A DNA stretch of 20,000 nt. It comes from an uncultured virus (IMG/VR IMGVR_UViG_2814123061_000003) (taxonomy: Duplodnaviria; Heunggongvirae; Uroviricota; Caudoviricetes). The notes under the pieces were generated by a model that saw only the letters and a program-made list of their open reading frames with translations, did no database searches and was not told the origin of the DNA. The stretch lies in the IMG/VR virus record IMGVR_UViG_2814123061_000003, one strand, 5' to 3'. The position numbers and the translations under genes were made by a program. Each line of letters starts with the position of its first letter. Positions within the stretch are counted from its first letter, which is position 1. Shown piece by piece: positions 1-7,821 of the stretch.

Positions 1-2
1 AT

Positions 3-635
3 GTTGATTTTATGAAAGGATATGAACCTGATTACTATGAAAATGACAGCCTACAAAGTGGTGCTTTAGTCGAACTTCAACCAGGGCAGAACGTAACGAG
101 TGTAAACCCAAATGGGGCAACAGATGGTATTACCGAATTCGTTAATGCTCAGATGCAACAGATCGCTATGTCTCTTGGTATTACTGAACAATCGCTAAGT
201 GGTAGTACTGCTAATGCGTCATTCTCAGCAGCGAAGCTAACAGATCGCCTACAACGTCAAACATTTAAAACACGTACAAATGCTTTAACCACATTCGTAC
301 TAAAACCAATTTATTCACGTTGGCTAAAAGCTGAAATGTTACGTAATAAGGGCTTGAACCTTAATTTTAGTGATTTCGATAAATTAGTAAACGCTAAATA
401 CGTTAGTGAATTCGTTGAATCACTTGATCCTCTTAAAGATGTACAAACACAGGTATTAATGATCGATAACAAGATCAAAAGCCGTTCTATGGTCGTTTCT
501 GAATTTGGCTATGACCCATATCAAGTACTGAAAGAAATTGAACTGGAGGAAGCACAAACAATAAATACTACAAAGGAAGTTATTCAGGATGAAGAAACCA
601 CTAACGAGGGAACTAAACCTACAGAAGATAAATAA
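3..635 (+). CDS. Portal protein, lambda-like family (5'-truncated by window edge)
   Basis: Frame is open to the window start. Motifs LQPGQ, IAMSLGI..QSLSG...ASFSAAKL and DPLKDV resemble lambda gpB-type portal C-termini. Lies directly upstream of the protease gene. Confidence 0.88.
   Translation, partial: VDFMKGYEPDYYENDSLQSGALVELQPGQNVTSVNPNGATDGITEFVNAQMQQIAMSLGITEQSLSGSTANASFSAAKLTDRLQRQTFKTRTNALTTFVLKPIYSRWLKAEMLRNKGLNLNFSDFDKLVNAKYVSEFVESLDPLKDVQTQVLMIDNKIKSRSMVVSEFGYDPYQVLKEIELEEAQTINTTKEVIQDEETTNEGTKPTEDK
562..567 (+). promoter_or_regulatory. TAAATA late-promoter-like box for protease-capsid
   Basis: 27 nt before ATG 589. Confidence 0.55.
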
Positions 636-2502
636 AGCTATTGATGTAGAGAATCGAACAATTGAAATTGCCTTTGCCAGTGAAACACCTGTTAAACGTG
701 ATTTTGGTGAAGGGCTTGGTGTACTAAATGAAATTCTTAAATGTACTCCAGATGCCGTAAATCTTTCTCGCCTACTTAATGGTGCTCCATTACTAATAGA
801 ACATGATTTCACTCGACAAGTGGGAGTTGTATTAGATGCGAGAGTAGACAGTGATCATATATGCCGTGCGACGGTAAAACTATCTTCAATTCAAGCAGCA
901 GAAACTATTTTTACAATGATTCAGGAAGGTATCCGTACAAAGATTTCAGTAGGGTACAACATTGAATCATACCATATCGAAGGTGAAAACCTAATTGTAG
1001 ATCTTTGGTCGCCATATGAAGTAAGTAGCGTATCTGTACCCGCAGATGATTTTGTTGGTGTTTCACGTTCACTAAATACAAATGAAATTCAACTTAGTGA
1101 AGGTGAACAAATGGAACTTGAAAACCAACAAGAAGAACTACGAGTTAATGACGTAGAAGAAACAGAAGTTGAAGTACAAGAAAGTACTGAAACAGAAGAA
1201 GTAGAAGTATTAGAAACTCCAGAAGAAGTACAAGAACCTGTAGAAGAAACAGAAGTATTAGAAACCGAAGAAGTAGTACAAGAACCTATTGATGAAGCTG
1301 AAACAGAAGAAGTACAGGAAAGTACTGGTGATGTTGAAGTAGAAGCACAAGAACGTGCCGCACTAAATAAAGGTGAATCTGACGAATATCGAATTCGTGA
1401 GTTAACCGCTATTGCTGAACTCTACAACGTAGATAGTTCGGAAGCAATTAAATCAGGTGTATCAGTTGAACAGTTTAAACAGGAAGTTCAAACCAGATCC
1501 CTAAATAAAGAAACAAATCTAATTAACAAGGATGTTAATCTTATGAAAAAAAATGTAATTGGTGAACTAATCCGTAGTATCAACGAAGATAACTTTGATT
1601 CTGTAAAGGTTGAACTTGAAAAAGGTCAACGCGGTTTCAAAATGGATTTTTCACGTGCTCTTGGTGCTAATACCGATACTCAAACAGCAGCAGGTACAGT
1701 TAAAACTGTTTATGCGGATTCTTATCTAACCGCTCTATTGGCTCAATCCATTCTTGGTAGCCTAAATCCAACTATCTATAGTGGCCTTGCTTATCGTGGT
1801 GTACTTTCTATTCCTCGTCTAACTGGTCTAACTCCAGCGGCTCCAGGTAACTTTAAGTTCTACGAAGAAGGTGATGCGGTAACAGAATCTATTTCTAACT
1901 TTGATTCAATAAAGCTATCTCCAAAAATGTTCGCGGGTTCTGTACCAGTAACTAAGCAACTAATGCTAAGTTCTGATACCGCAGCTACTTTTGTTCAAGA
2001 TGCCCTAATCCGCTATGCGGCTAATGGTCTTGAAGCTCAGATCTTCTCTACCCTACAGGCAGCTATTCCAGAAGTGGAAACCGCAGCAGTAGGTACTATG
2101 ACCGTAGCAGACGTACAAGAAGCTATTAAAGCACTTGGTGTTGCTAACGTTGATGTACGTTCTTGTGTCGCAGTCATGCACCCAAGTACATTGGCTAAAC
2201 TACGTCAAACCGCAGTAATGGGTAACACCGCAGCCGTATCTATGGTTGAAGGTCATCGTTTTGATATGTGGCTAAACGATGAAGTACGTGTAATTGAATC
2301 TACCTTTGTTGAAGCTGATTCTGTAATCATCGGTGATTTCCGTAACCTAATCATTGCTAACTGGTCAGACGGTCAAGAAATTGATGTAGACACTACTACT
2401 CACCGTGCCGCACAAATTACTGTATTCCGTTCATTCCAGTACTTAGCAACCGCTATTGCTCATGATGAAGCGTTTGTAAATCTAAAAATTAAATCCGCTT
2501 AA
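589..2502 (+). CDS. Fused prohead protease (HK97/S78-like), acidic scaffold linker and major capsid protein
   Basis: N-terminal motifs LLIEHD..QVG, ISVGY and EVSSVSVPAD are typical of HK97-type proteases. Central Glu-rich linker. C-terminal HK97-fold-like segment (EEG, LSPK, MHPST, IIGDF). SD AAGGA at about 573-577. Confidence 0.9.
   Translation: MKKPLTRELNLQKINKAIDVENRTIEIAFASETPVKRDFGEGLGVLNEILKCTPDAVNLSRLLNGAPLLIEHDFTRQVGVVLDARVDSDHICRATVKLSSIQAAETIFTMIQEGIRTKISVGYNIESYHIEGENLIVDLWSPYEVSSVSVPADDFVGVSRSLNTNEIQLSEGEQMELENQQEELRVNDVEETEVEVQESTETEEVEVLETPEEVQEPVEETEVLETEEVVQEPIDEAETEEVQESTGDVEVEAQERAALNKGESDEYRIRELTAIAELYNVDSSEAIKSGVSVEQFKQEVQTRSLNKETNLINKDVNLMKKNVIGELIRSINEDNFDSVKVELEKGQRGFKMDFSRALGANTDTQTAAGTVKTVYADSYLTALLAQSILGSLNPTIYSGLAYRGVLSIPRLTGLTPAAPGNFKFYEEGDAVTESISNFDSIKLSPKMFAGSVPVTKQLMLSSDTAATFVQDALIRYAANGLEAQIFSTLQAAIPEVETAAVGTMTVADVQEAIKALGVANVDVRSCVAVMHPSTLAKLRQTAVMGNTAAVSMVEGHRFDMWLNDEVRVIESTFVEADSVIIGDFRNLIIANWSDGQEIDVDTTTHRAAQITVFRSFQYLATAIAHDEAFVNLKIKSA
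1073..1078 (+). promoter_or_regulatory. TAAATA box for the internal scaffold start
   Basis: 38 nt before ATG 1111. Confidence 0.5.
1111..2502 (+). CDS. Putative internal in-frame start giving a scaffold-capsid product (MELENQQEE...)
   Basis: In-frame ATG at 1111 at the protease/linker boundary, SD-like AAGGTG at 1100-1105, TAAATA at 1073-1078. Confidence 0.55.
   Translation: MELENQQEELRVNDVEETEVEVQESTETEEVEVLETPEEVQEPVEETEVLETEEVVQEPIDEAETEEVQESTGDVEVEAQERAALNKGESDEYRIRELTAIAELYNVDSSEAIKSGVSVEQFKQEVQTRSLNKETNLINKDVNLMKKNVIGELIRSINEDNFDSVKVELEKGQRGFKMDFSRALGANTDTQTAAGTVKTVYADSYLTALLAQSILGSLNPTIYSGLAYRGVLSIPRLTGLTPAAPGNFKFYEEGDAVTESISNFDSIKLSPKMFAGSVPVTKQLMLSSDTAATFVQDALIRYAANGLEAQIFSTLQAAIPEVETAAVGTMTVADVQEAIKALGVANVDVRSCVAVMHPSTLAKLRQTAVMGNTAAVSMVEGHRFDMWLNDEVRVIESTFVEADSVIIGDFRNLIIANWSDGQEIDVDTTTHRAAQITVFRSFQYLATAIAHDEAFVNLKIKSA
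1150..1345 (+). repeat. Degenerate GAA-rich repeats encoding the acidic EETE/EVQE linker
   Basis: Recurring units such as GAAGTACAAGAA, GAAACAGAAGAAGTA and GAAGTATTAGAAAC. Confidence 0.8.
1502..1507 (+). promoter_or_regulatory. TAAATA box for the internal capsid start
   Basis: 41 nt before ATG 1543. Confidence 0.55.
1543..2502 (+). CDS. Putative internal in-frame start giving the major capsid protein (319 aa, MKKNVIGEL...)
   Basis: In-frame ATG at 1543, SD AAGGA at 1528-1532, TAAATA at 1502-1507. Size fits an HK97-fold capsid protein. Confidence 0.65.
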   Translation: MKKNVIGELIRSINEDNFDSVKVELEKGQRGFKMDFSRALGANTDTQTAAGTVKTVYADSYLTALLAQSILGSLNPTIYSGLAYRGVLSIPRLTGLTPAAPGNFKFYEEGDAVTESISNFDSIKLSPKMFAGSVPVTKQLMLSSDTAATFVQDALIRYAANGLEAQIFSTLQAAIPEVETAAVGTMTVADVQEAIKALGVANVDVRSCVAVMHPSTLAKLRQTAVMGNTAAVSMVEGHRFDMWLNDEVRVIESTFVEADSVIIGDFRNLIIANWSDGQEIDVDTTTHRAAQITVFRSFQYLATAIAHDEAFVNLKIKSA

Positions 2503-2513
2503 TGGTGAAATAA

Positions 2514-2813
2514 ATGAGAGCATTTTTTAGTAACTCACAATCAGAGTCACTACTTAATGCTTTTGGTGAAAAGCTCGTCATTGTTCAAGATGGTGTATCA
2601 ATAACGATTACCGCAATTTTTGAACAAGACGAGCTTTTTTTCGATGATAGTAAAACTACCGTAACATATTTTAGTGCTAAGTCAGGAATTAAACTAAATA
2701 GCACCTTCACGATTGATAACACCGAATACGTAGTAAATAGAATAGATGATGATACGAGCGGTATCTCTAACTATCACTATGTTCGCAAGATCGATTTAGA
2801 AGAGGAAATATAA
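2514..2813 (+). CDS. Head-tail joining/head closure protein (lambda gpFII-like)
   Basis: 99 aa directly after the capsid gene. Beta-rich with TIDNTEYVV..IDDD.SG pattern. Confidence 0.65.
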   Translation: MRAFFSNSQSESLLNAFGEKLVIVQDGVSITITAIFEQDELFFDDSKTTVTYFSAKSGIKLNSTFTIDNTEYVVNRIDDDTSGISNYHYVRKIDLEEEI

Positions 2814-2814
2814 T

Positions 2815-3252
2815 ATGTTCACGGCAGACTATTCAATAAGAAAGTATTTGATTAATAAATTAGCAGTGATTGTTAATTTACAATATCCATCAAAAGCCTC
2901 AGTAGATAATACTACAATGGTTTACATTGGTGATTCTTCTGTACAACGTACACAGATAGCTAAAGCAAATCAAATTGTAAACAATCAAATCGTACCTTCA
3001 ACTATTAGAAATTTATGTGAATTTCGAGTTGAGTTTGTAGCTGTCGGACAATCATTTAAAAGTGCTTCAGATGAAATAGAAAAGATTCTTGAAGCACTTT
3101 ATACATCTGGTTTCTTTGATGAACTAAACCAGCAACTTCCAATGCCATTATTCAATATCCGTATTGAAGATAGCCTAATGACTACTCAAGCCGAAGCAAC
3201 GGAAACCGCTTATGTACACACGCAAACTCTATCTTTTAGCTATGGGGAATAA
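2815..3252 (+). CDS. Putative tail terminator (gpU-like)
   Basis: 145 aa. Assigned from its position before the tail-tube-type genes and its alpha/beta pattern. Confidence 0.5.
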   Translation: MFTADYSIRKYLINKLAVIVNLQYPSKASVDNTTMVYIGDSSVQRTQIAKANQIVNNQIVPSTIRNLCEFRVEFVAVGQSFKSASDEIEKILEALYTSGFFDELNQQLPMPLFNIRIEDSLMTTQAEATETAYVHTQTLSFSYGE

Positions 3253-3254
3253 TT

Positions 3255-4946
3255 ATGGCTCAAACATTTTTAGGGAATCTAACTACAGTATGGATTAATA
3301 CCGATACAACCAACGTTGATCCAAATGTCCGTACTTTTGTTCAAGTAGAAAACCTTTCAGCATTTCCAAGTTTTAGTGAATCAACTTCTGTTTCAACTGT
3401 AGAAACATATGATAGTACTTACACCTCTAAAGTAGCGGGTGATAGTTCATATGGTGATATGACTATTTCAGTTAACTATATTCCAGGTGAAAACGCCGTA
3501 CTTGATTCTGTTGTTGATTCTCAGCAATTAGTACAGGTCAAGGTAGAAATGCTTGATGAAGGTTCAAACGATACTACCGTAAACTATGTGCTTTACAACG
3601 GTTACTTATCCAGCGTTTCCGATACGTCGGATATGGATCAGGTTGTTACCCGCTCATACGTATTCACACCAGAAAGCCAGGTATCAGCAGGTATTCTTGA
3701 TGAATCAGTAGTTGAACTCTATCGCGGTGATTGGGGTGTTGGTTCGAACGGTAACGAGTTTCCAAGCTATCAAGGCCGTGACGGTAACTCATTCGTTAAG
3801 ATCGCAGCAGCCAACGCACCAACAGGTGTTGATATGTTGGGTATCACTAACCTTGATGGTTCTAACGGTACTCAATTGGTAATGAGCAAAACCGGTACGC
3901 CAGTACTCAACTTTCGTAACTTCTCAACAGCAAGTAACGGGGCATGGTACAAGGTCTACACCAGTGCTGATAAACCAACGCTAACAGAACTTGGTGCGGC
4001 AGCCGCTACCGATCTCAGTTACTACGTACCAATCACACGTACTGTCAATGGTAAAGCACTTACAGCTAACATTACTCTGGTAGCAGCAGATATTAGTGAT
4101 GTTTACTCTAAGACCTACATTGATTCAAACGTAGTACCGAAAGTGTTTCAATTAAACGGACACGCATTATCAGGAACGGCGTTGAACTTAGTAGCGGCAG
4201 ATATACTTGATGTGTATTCACAGACACAGGCTAATAATACCTTTGTAGCTAAAACAGTTACTGTTAACGGATTGCCTTTAAGTAGCAATATCACACTAAC
4301 GGCAGCACAACTTACTGATATGGCATCTTTAGCATATAGTAATAGTACTTATGTGCCTAAGACGTTCTTAATCAATAACAAGCCATTATCTGGTACTAAC
4401 ATTCAATTAGTAGCAGCAGATATTAGTGATGTATATTCCCGTACTGAAAGCAACGGATTGTTTGCGTTACGTATCACTACAATTAACGGTTATGCTTTAA
4501 ACAGTAACGTAACCTTGAACTATAACGATGTAGGAACGTATTCAAAAGCACAAATTGATGCCAAAGATGCCGCACTACAAGCGAACATTGATACCAAAGT
4601 AACTATCACTCAAGACCTTCTAACAATAAATAACGTAGAAGATACATTAGAACTTGATATGTCTGATGGTAAACGTGTTTTCAAAGCAACTCTAACAGCA
4701 CCAGTAACACAACTCAGTGTTATAAATGCGAGTGGAAGTAATTTAAACAGCCAAACTATCACGATGTTATTAACACAAGGAACAGGGGCAAATAAAATTT
4801 CATGGCCTTCTAATGTTAAATGGTCTTATGGGCGTGAACCAGTATTAACCTTTACGAAAGATTCAATTGATGTAATTCAATTCTTGTCAATAGATGGAGG
4901 AAGTACCTGGTACGGCTCCTTACTAATGGCGGATCTACAAGAATGA
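3255..4946 (+). CDS. Tail-tube-domain protein fused to fibre repeats and a C-terminal adaptor domain
   Basis: First ~140 aa align by eye to the 7822..8295 tail tube protein (F.GN, TF..VE...AFPS, D.T..VN..PG, QVKV, NGY.SS, D.D.VVTR). Five NG..L...I.L.AAD...VYS repeats follow. C-terminal WPSNVKW...P.LT...D...DGG.TWYG domain is of a kind seen in tail fibre proteins. Confidence 0.8.
   Translation: MAQTFLGNLTTVWINTDTTNVDPNVRTFVQVENLSAFPSFSESTSVSTVETYDSTYTSKVAGDSSYGDMTISVNYIPGENAVLDSVVDSQQLVQVKVEMLDEGSNDTTVNYVLYNGYLSSVSDTSDMDQVVTRSYVFTPESQVSAGILDESVVELYRGDWGVGSNGNEFPSYQGRDGNSFVKIAAANAPTGVDMLGITNLDGSNGTQLVMSKTGTPVLNFRNFSTASNGAWYKVYTSADKPTLTELGAAAATDLSYYVPITRTVNGKALTANITLVAADISDVYSKTYIDSNVVPKVFQLNGHALSGTALNLVAADILDVYSQTQANNTFVAKTVTVNGLPLSSNITLTAAQLTDMASLAYSNSTYVPKTFLINNKPLSGTNIQLVAADISDVYSRTESNGLFALRITTINGYALNSNVTLNYNDVGTYSKAQIDAKDAALQANIDTKVTITQDLLTINNVEDTLELDMSDGKRVFKATLTAPVTQLSVINASGSNLNSQTITMLLTQGTGANKISWPSNVKWSYGREPVLTFTKDSIDVIQFLSIDGGSTWYGSLLMADLQE
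4023..4566 (+). repeat. Five tandem ~36-37 aa fibre shaft repeats
   Basis: Units begin YVPITRTVNG, VVPKVFQLNG, FVAKTVTVNG, YVPKTFLINN and FALRITTING. An identical 23-nt stretch GTAGCAGCAGATATTAGTGATGT occurs at 4080-4102 and 4410-4432. Confidence 0.85.
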
Positions 4947-7765
4947 TAAGAAAACAAAATATCAGCAATGCCCAACAGATGATTGAAGGGCATTGGAAAT
5001 TTTTAGAACGTAATACTGGTTTAGTTAATGATAATAAAACAGATCACTATGTACTAAACCCACAAAACGTTATATGTAACAACAGGCATTTTATAGCGGA
5101 AACGGGATGGGAAGCACAACCGGACGGTGATGCAACCACAGAAGGACAATCCTTAGCAATTCTTGGTGCTATCTATGCGTATCAGGCAACCAAAGAACCG
5201 TACTACCTACAACGTGCTAAAGACTTTTTCAACGCCTATCACATGGCGTTCTTCCGTGGTGTAGCGTTTCCTGATCCACCTGATGGTTCATTGCGTTGTA
5301 ACTGGATCTGTAACGGTAAGGCTCCAGTACTGGCACATTACCCATTAGATCCAGAGTATCCAACTCACGGCGGGTTCAAGGGCGTATTGTTCACATGGAC
5401 GAACGGACAAACACAGATACCTCATGGTTCACCTAACTACGGTGAATACCTCGATGCTGTATGGTTTGCCTTTCCAGAACGGGCGGGTCTTGGTTGGAAC
5501 CAGGTTAACGCAACTGCCTACGCATGGTTAGCCAGTGAAGATAGCATTGATTGGGATACTAAAGCCCCTACTTATGATGTTGATTGGATTGTTGACCGTA
5601 CAGGCCGAAAGGTAGATAGCAATGGTGATGTACTGGCAGAAGGGCTAACAAGTCAGATCGGTACAGTCCAGCTCAAGGACACGTCTATAAACGGCAATTA
5701 CCGATTCAATTACGCAACTAAAAACCCTGTATCAGAGGGTGGTTATCTCATGGGGCGTAATGAGCGTTGGCACAACAGGCCAGTAAACGTACCTATTGAT
5801 AACTATGGTACGCTCGACTTTTCTGATAACGCCTCAGATGCTGAATTGTGGTTCTGTCAGGCATGTAAATTACTATGGGATATTACAGGCGAACGTATCT
5901 ATTACTTAGCATGGCAGAATTCACTAATTACTTGTACTGGTTATTCTGATATTGATAAATTTGATATGTTCTTTCGTAAGAGTGCTATTGCTTTAACGCC
6001 TTTTACAGATGGTATCTCATACGATTATTTCTATCCAAGTGATCAAGTAGCATCATATTCACGTGATTCAGATGGCTATATTGTCATAAATCAAAGTGCC
6101 TCAGCACAAACAACACTTGAACAACAATCTATATGGTTCAAGTTTAATAATAGTTCATCATTCCATGTTGAATATAGTGGTGTTGATACAACTGGTAAGC
6201 CGTTAAGCCTTGCTGTAGCTATGACAGTTAATAAAACAAAAACAGAAGATGGTGCTATTAGATACCGTTGCGGTTTACCTATTACTAATACAGATAATAG
6301 TATTATTTCAATGGATATTCCAATGAACCACTTTACCAGAATTGCTAAACCTGATGGTGGACAGTACTTAACCGCAGATATGCGTATGTTATCTGACTAT
6401 GGGGATAATACAGTAACTTCACTTCAATATGTTTCCGGTATCGCTGGAACGTACTATGACAACGTGATTTCTACTACTATGGATTCTGACGGTAGTTCTA
6501 CAGTTGGATTCTGGATCTTTGATGATGAAACACAGGACTTAAACAGCTTCACATACAGAACATATGCTGATGATTTTAATATCCGTATTGTTGATGATCT
6601 TGGTTGGCGTTGGTGGACTATGCTACCAGCAAGTAACGGGGCATGGGTAACACAAACGTTTAATGTACTGGATTTTAAATTGAGTTCTTATCAACCGGAT
6701 CATGAAGAAGGTGATGAACAGCCCGGACAACCAACACTAACAGGACGTGAAGAGTTTACGCTATTACTTGATACCGATCCGGTTGATGGTGTCTCAGGGC
6801 GTATTGACTGGTATTGTGTTAACGATTTGCCAGCACTTTATAATGATGGTGGTACAGGGGATTATTCAGTACTGGTTTCTCTAACTTTCAACGATAGTAC
6901 CAGTAGTGGATATACAGCACGTTTAGGTGATTGTGTAATTCGTAATTACATGCTTGATAGTTTGTCATATACACCCGGACTAATACCATTTAGTAACATC
7001 ACAGATCCATATGCTCAACTGTATTCCGGTTGGCGTGGTCTACCATATCCAGGTTATCAACTACCCGCTATATGGTGTTTCAAAGGTACTACAATTGATC
7101 AAACCAGACTAAATAATAGTATTAAGTTCTTATGTGATGCTCAAGATTGGTTTACTAATAAATTCCATCCTGCTTTACCTGGTCCATGTGCTCAGGCTTA
7201 TGTATGGAACCGTCAGGACGCATTAGCATATTCACCTGATGGACAACCGGATCAATTCATTATGCAGCACTGGTATGAAGAAGCATGGTCAGGTTATGAA
7301 CCTCGTGCGTTCTTTGGTGGTTGTGATGTGGTCCATGAACTATATCAACGTGGTGATTATGCTATTCCGCAGAACATTATTACGTACTGTAATAACTGGA
7401 TGAATTACTTAAAGTGGTTCATGAAAAATAATGATGGTCACGCACCAACACGATTTAAAGATACAGGTGAAGTTATCTATGATGGCTTTACAGGTCATAT
7501 GTCTGGTTTGTGGCTTGCTGGTGCTTCAATGATGGCAATAGCAGGTTATCCAGATCACGAATTACTTGATTTACTATTCGCGGAAATTCAACAGAACTAT
7601 AACGTAGTTTCAGCTAATCACGTAATGAATGGTGGCTGGTCATCAGCTATCAGAAGTGGAACACCTACTACACCACAGAACAACTCTATGTTCTTTGGAT
7701 TCTATACAGGTGAACTACTAAGAGGTTTAGCACTTTACATGAAGTACTACAACCAACATATATAA
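4943..7765 (+). CDS. Large tail-associated GH8-like glycoside hydrolase with inserted carbohydrate-binding-like domains
   Basis: TTEGQSLA (E67) and NASDAELW (D299) resemble the GH8/BcsZ motifs TSEGQSY and SASDGD.W. Trp/Tyr-rich. ATGA overlap with the upstream fibre gene. Confidence 0.65.
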   Translation: MIRKQNISNAQQMIEGHWKFLERNTGLVNDNKTDHYVLNPQNVICNNRHFIAETGWEAQPDGDATTEGQSLAILGAIYAYQATKEPYYLQRAKDFFNAYHMAFFRGVAFPDPPDGSLRCNWICNGKAPVLAHYPLDPEYPTHGGFKGVLFTWTNGQTQIPHGSPNYGEYLDAVWFAFPERAGLGWNQVNATAYAWLASEDSIDWDTKAPTYDVDWIVDRTGRKVDSNGDVLAEGLTSQIGTVQLKDTSINGNYRFNYATKNPVSEGGYLMGRNERWHNRPVNVPIDNYGTLDFSDNASDAELWFCQACKLLWDITGERIYYLAWQNSLITCTGYSDIDKFDMFFRKSAIALTPFTDGISYDYFYPSDQVASYSRDSDGYIVINQSASAQTTLEQQSIWFKFNNSSSFHVEYSGVDTTGKPLSLAVAMTVNKTKTEDGAIRYRCGLPITNTDNSIISMDIPMNHFTRIAKPDGGQYLTADMRMLSDYGDNTVTSLQYVSGIAGTYYDNVISTTMDSDGSSTVGFWIFDDETQDLNSFTYRTYADDFNIRIVDDLGWRWWTMLPASNGAWVTQTFNVLDFKLSSYQPDHEEGDEQPGQPTLTGREEFTLLLDTDPVDGVSGRIDWYCVNDLPALYNDGGTGDYSVLVSLTFNDSTSSGYTARLGDCVIRNYMLDSLSYTPGLIPFSNITDPYAQLYSGWRGLPYPGYQLPAIWCFKGTTIDQTRLNNSIKFLCDAQDWFTNKFHPALPGPCAQAYVWNRQDALAYSPDGQPDQFIMQHWYEEAWSGYEPRAFFGGCDVVHELYQRGDYAIPQNIITYCNNWMNYLKWFMKNNDGHAPTRFKDTGEVIYDGFTGHMSGLWLAGASMMAIAGYPDHELLDLLFAEIQQNYNVVSANHVMNGGWSSAIRSGTPTTPQNNSMFFGFYTGELLRGLALYMKYYNQHI

Positions 7766-7768
7766 ATA
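7761..7768 (+). promoter_or_regulatory. TATAAATA box (full T4 late consensus) for the major tail gene
   Basis: Overlaps the upstream stop codon and is followed by a hairpin at 7776-7798. Confidence 0.65.
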
Positions 7769-7821
7769 AACAGAAGGGGTATCAAGGACTGATGCCCCAA
7801 ATATATAAAGGAATATTAAAT

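Noticed and set aside
456..812. Minus-strand 118-aa ORF
   Set aside because: Antisense shadow of the portal and protease genes with no recognisable motifs.
1150..4566. Repeats as a CRISPR array or DGR template/variable pair
   Set aside because: All are in-frame coding repeats with no regular repeat-spacer structure, no adenine-specific mismatches and no reverse transcriptase in the window.
7792..7821. ORF-track start at 7792 for the tail tube gene
   Set aside because: That ATG lies inside a hairpin stem. ATG 7822 has a good SD and aligns with the paralogue's N-terminus.
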